Positions 62,796 to 64,000 of a stretch of 64,000 bases of DNA are shown one piece after another. The stretch spans positions 14,312,213 to 14,376,212 of the forward strand of contig OZ234493.1 in assembly GCA_965153455.1 (NCBI GenBank). Reading direction: 5' to 3'. Origin of the DNA: Sphagnum compactum (Eukaryota). The notes under the pieces were generated by a model that was not told where the DNA came from, did not search any database, and saw nothing but the letters and a program-made list of their open reading frames with translations. Made by a program: the position numbers and the translations under genes. Numbering within the stretch: the stretch's first letter is position 1; every line of letters starts with the position of its first letter.

Positions 62796-62823
62796 TTTAG
62801 GATTAGGGTTAGGGTTAGGGTTT
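62796..62823. promoter_or_regulatory. Telo-box / interstitial telomere-like motif upstream of RPL15
   Basis: TTTAGGATTAGGGTTAGGGTTAGGGTTT contains TAGGGTTT (the reverse complement of AAACCCTA), ~115 bp before the ATG. Telo-boxes are established elements of plant ribosomal-protein promoters. Confidence 0.75.
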
Positions 62824-62934
62824 GGCGGGATTGAAAACAGCAGCGTCTCAAACGTGTTTGGTCCTTCTGTTGCTGCGCGCAAGCTTTCGCACTTCGGCTG
62901 CTAGCTACCGTCTCTTGTGTCTGTCCCTGCCGCG

Positions 62935-64000
62935 ATGGGTGCGTTTTTTCTTCTTTTCTCCCTTTTTGACAAGCTTCTCTTCAATCAGCTTCTTGTGGAA
63001 GTTCTCTGTTTTTTGTTTGGTTTGACACGTTGAAATCTTTCTGTTGCGTAAGTTCATTGTCTTGGCATGTTTTTTGTGTGTTTTCGTGCTTGGAAGGCCG
63101 TGGGAGGATGGTCATGTGATTGAAGGGTTTTTTGGTTTTTTGTTTTTGTTGGATTTTAGGGGCGTACAAGTATGTGGAGGAGCTATGGAGGAAGAAGCAG
63201 TCAGACGTGCTGCGCTTTCTCCTCCGTGTGAGGTGCTGGGAGTACAGGCAGCTGCCTGGTATTGTGCGTATCACGCGCCCGACTCGACCTGATAAAGCTC
63301 GTCGCCTTGGTTTCAAAGCCAAACAGGTACAAATACACAATCATGCTCTGTCCCTCTGATCTCTCTCTCATCTCAGCTCTGATGTCATGTATCCGCAGTG
63401 TATTACTGCCTGGAGATTGGGTTTTGTCTGAATGTAAGAACTGGTTCTTGGCAGATTTGTAATACCTTGGATCACATGTGCTATTGCCTGCAGATGGAAT
63501 TTGTTTCAGAATGTAATTAACTGGTTCTTAGCAGGCTTTGTAGTTGTCAGATTGATCACAAAGTGCAATTTGTGGGTGTGGTCTTTTGCAGGGCTATGTT
63601 GTGTACCGGATCCGGGTGCGCAGAGGGGGTAGGAAGAGGCCTGTGAGCAAGGGTATTGTCTATGGAAAGCCCAAGAACCAGGGTATTACGCAGCTGAAGT
63701 TCCAGCGCAACCTGCGATCTGTTGCTGAGGAGCGTGCTGGACGCAAGCTTGGAGGTCTTAGGGTTCTGAACTCCTATTGGATCAATCAGGCATCTCCACA
63801 AACTCTTTGAGATTTTTGTTTTGCTGTAATAGACAAACTGCCTTAAGACAAACAGGGGGTGGCTGTTTTTCAGACTTTCTGTGCAGAAGTTCAGCAGAAC
63901 ACAGCATCCCAATTTGATTCTTTTATTGGCAAATTCAAGTGTTGTTTGTGGTCGGTGCATGCATACAGGATTCTACCTACAAGTACTTTGAGGTGATTCT
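62935..64000 (+). CDS. RPL15: 60S ribosomal protein L15 (eL15), partial at the window end (exons 62935-62938, 63160-63326, 63592-63789, 63969->64000)
   Basis: [34 protein letters not shown]...[31 protein letters not shown]...[17 protein letters not shown]. Confidence 0.98.

Noticed and set aside
63327..63591. Intronic snoRNA in RPL15
   Set aside because: No clear box C/D pair with a terminal stem and no H/ACA structure; only a short diverged direct repeat.

Overview
This is eukaryotic land-plant nuclear DNA: AT-rich, with spliceosomal introns and plant-type genes and transposons. The repeat landscape suggests a bryophyte such as Sphagnum, which is inference only. The left ~37 kb is a transposon and pseudogene graveyard organised around a local segmental duplication (1-4234 plus 7065-7915 versus 15120-21220). 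Each copy carries a putative small signal-peptide gene, a hAT MITE and the 5' end of a hAT element. The region also holds a solo LTR with TSD, a LINE 3' fragment with a twin-priming-like 5' inversion, a degenerate two-ORF PIF/Harbinger element, a degenerate hAT transposase, an alcohol dehydrogenase pseudogene and a second decayed LINE. The right part holds five recognisable genes: an IQD-related protein with no visible IQ67 domain (-), an F-box SKIP24-like gene (-), B12D/NDUFA4-like (+), a NIPA Mg2+ transporter (+) and RPL15 (+, cut by the window end). It also contains an orphan 223-aa ORF, several minisatellites (two with higher-order structure) and a ~2.2-kb degenerate fold-back palindrome. 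The most interesting items are the LINE inversion and captured block, the duplicated small-peptide gene, the palindromic 40-bp promoter array, possible B12D-NIPA co-transcription, the fold-back element and the orphan ORF. No CRISPR, rRNA or tRNA was found. All family assignments come from recalled motif similarity; no searches were run.
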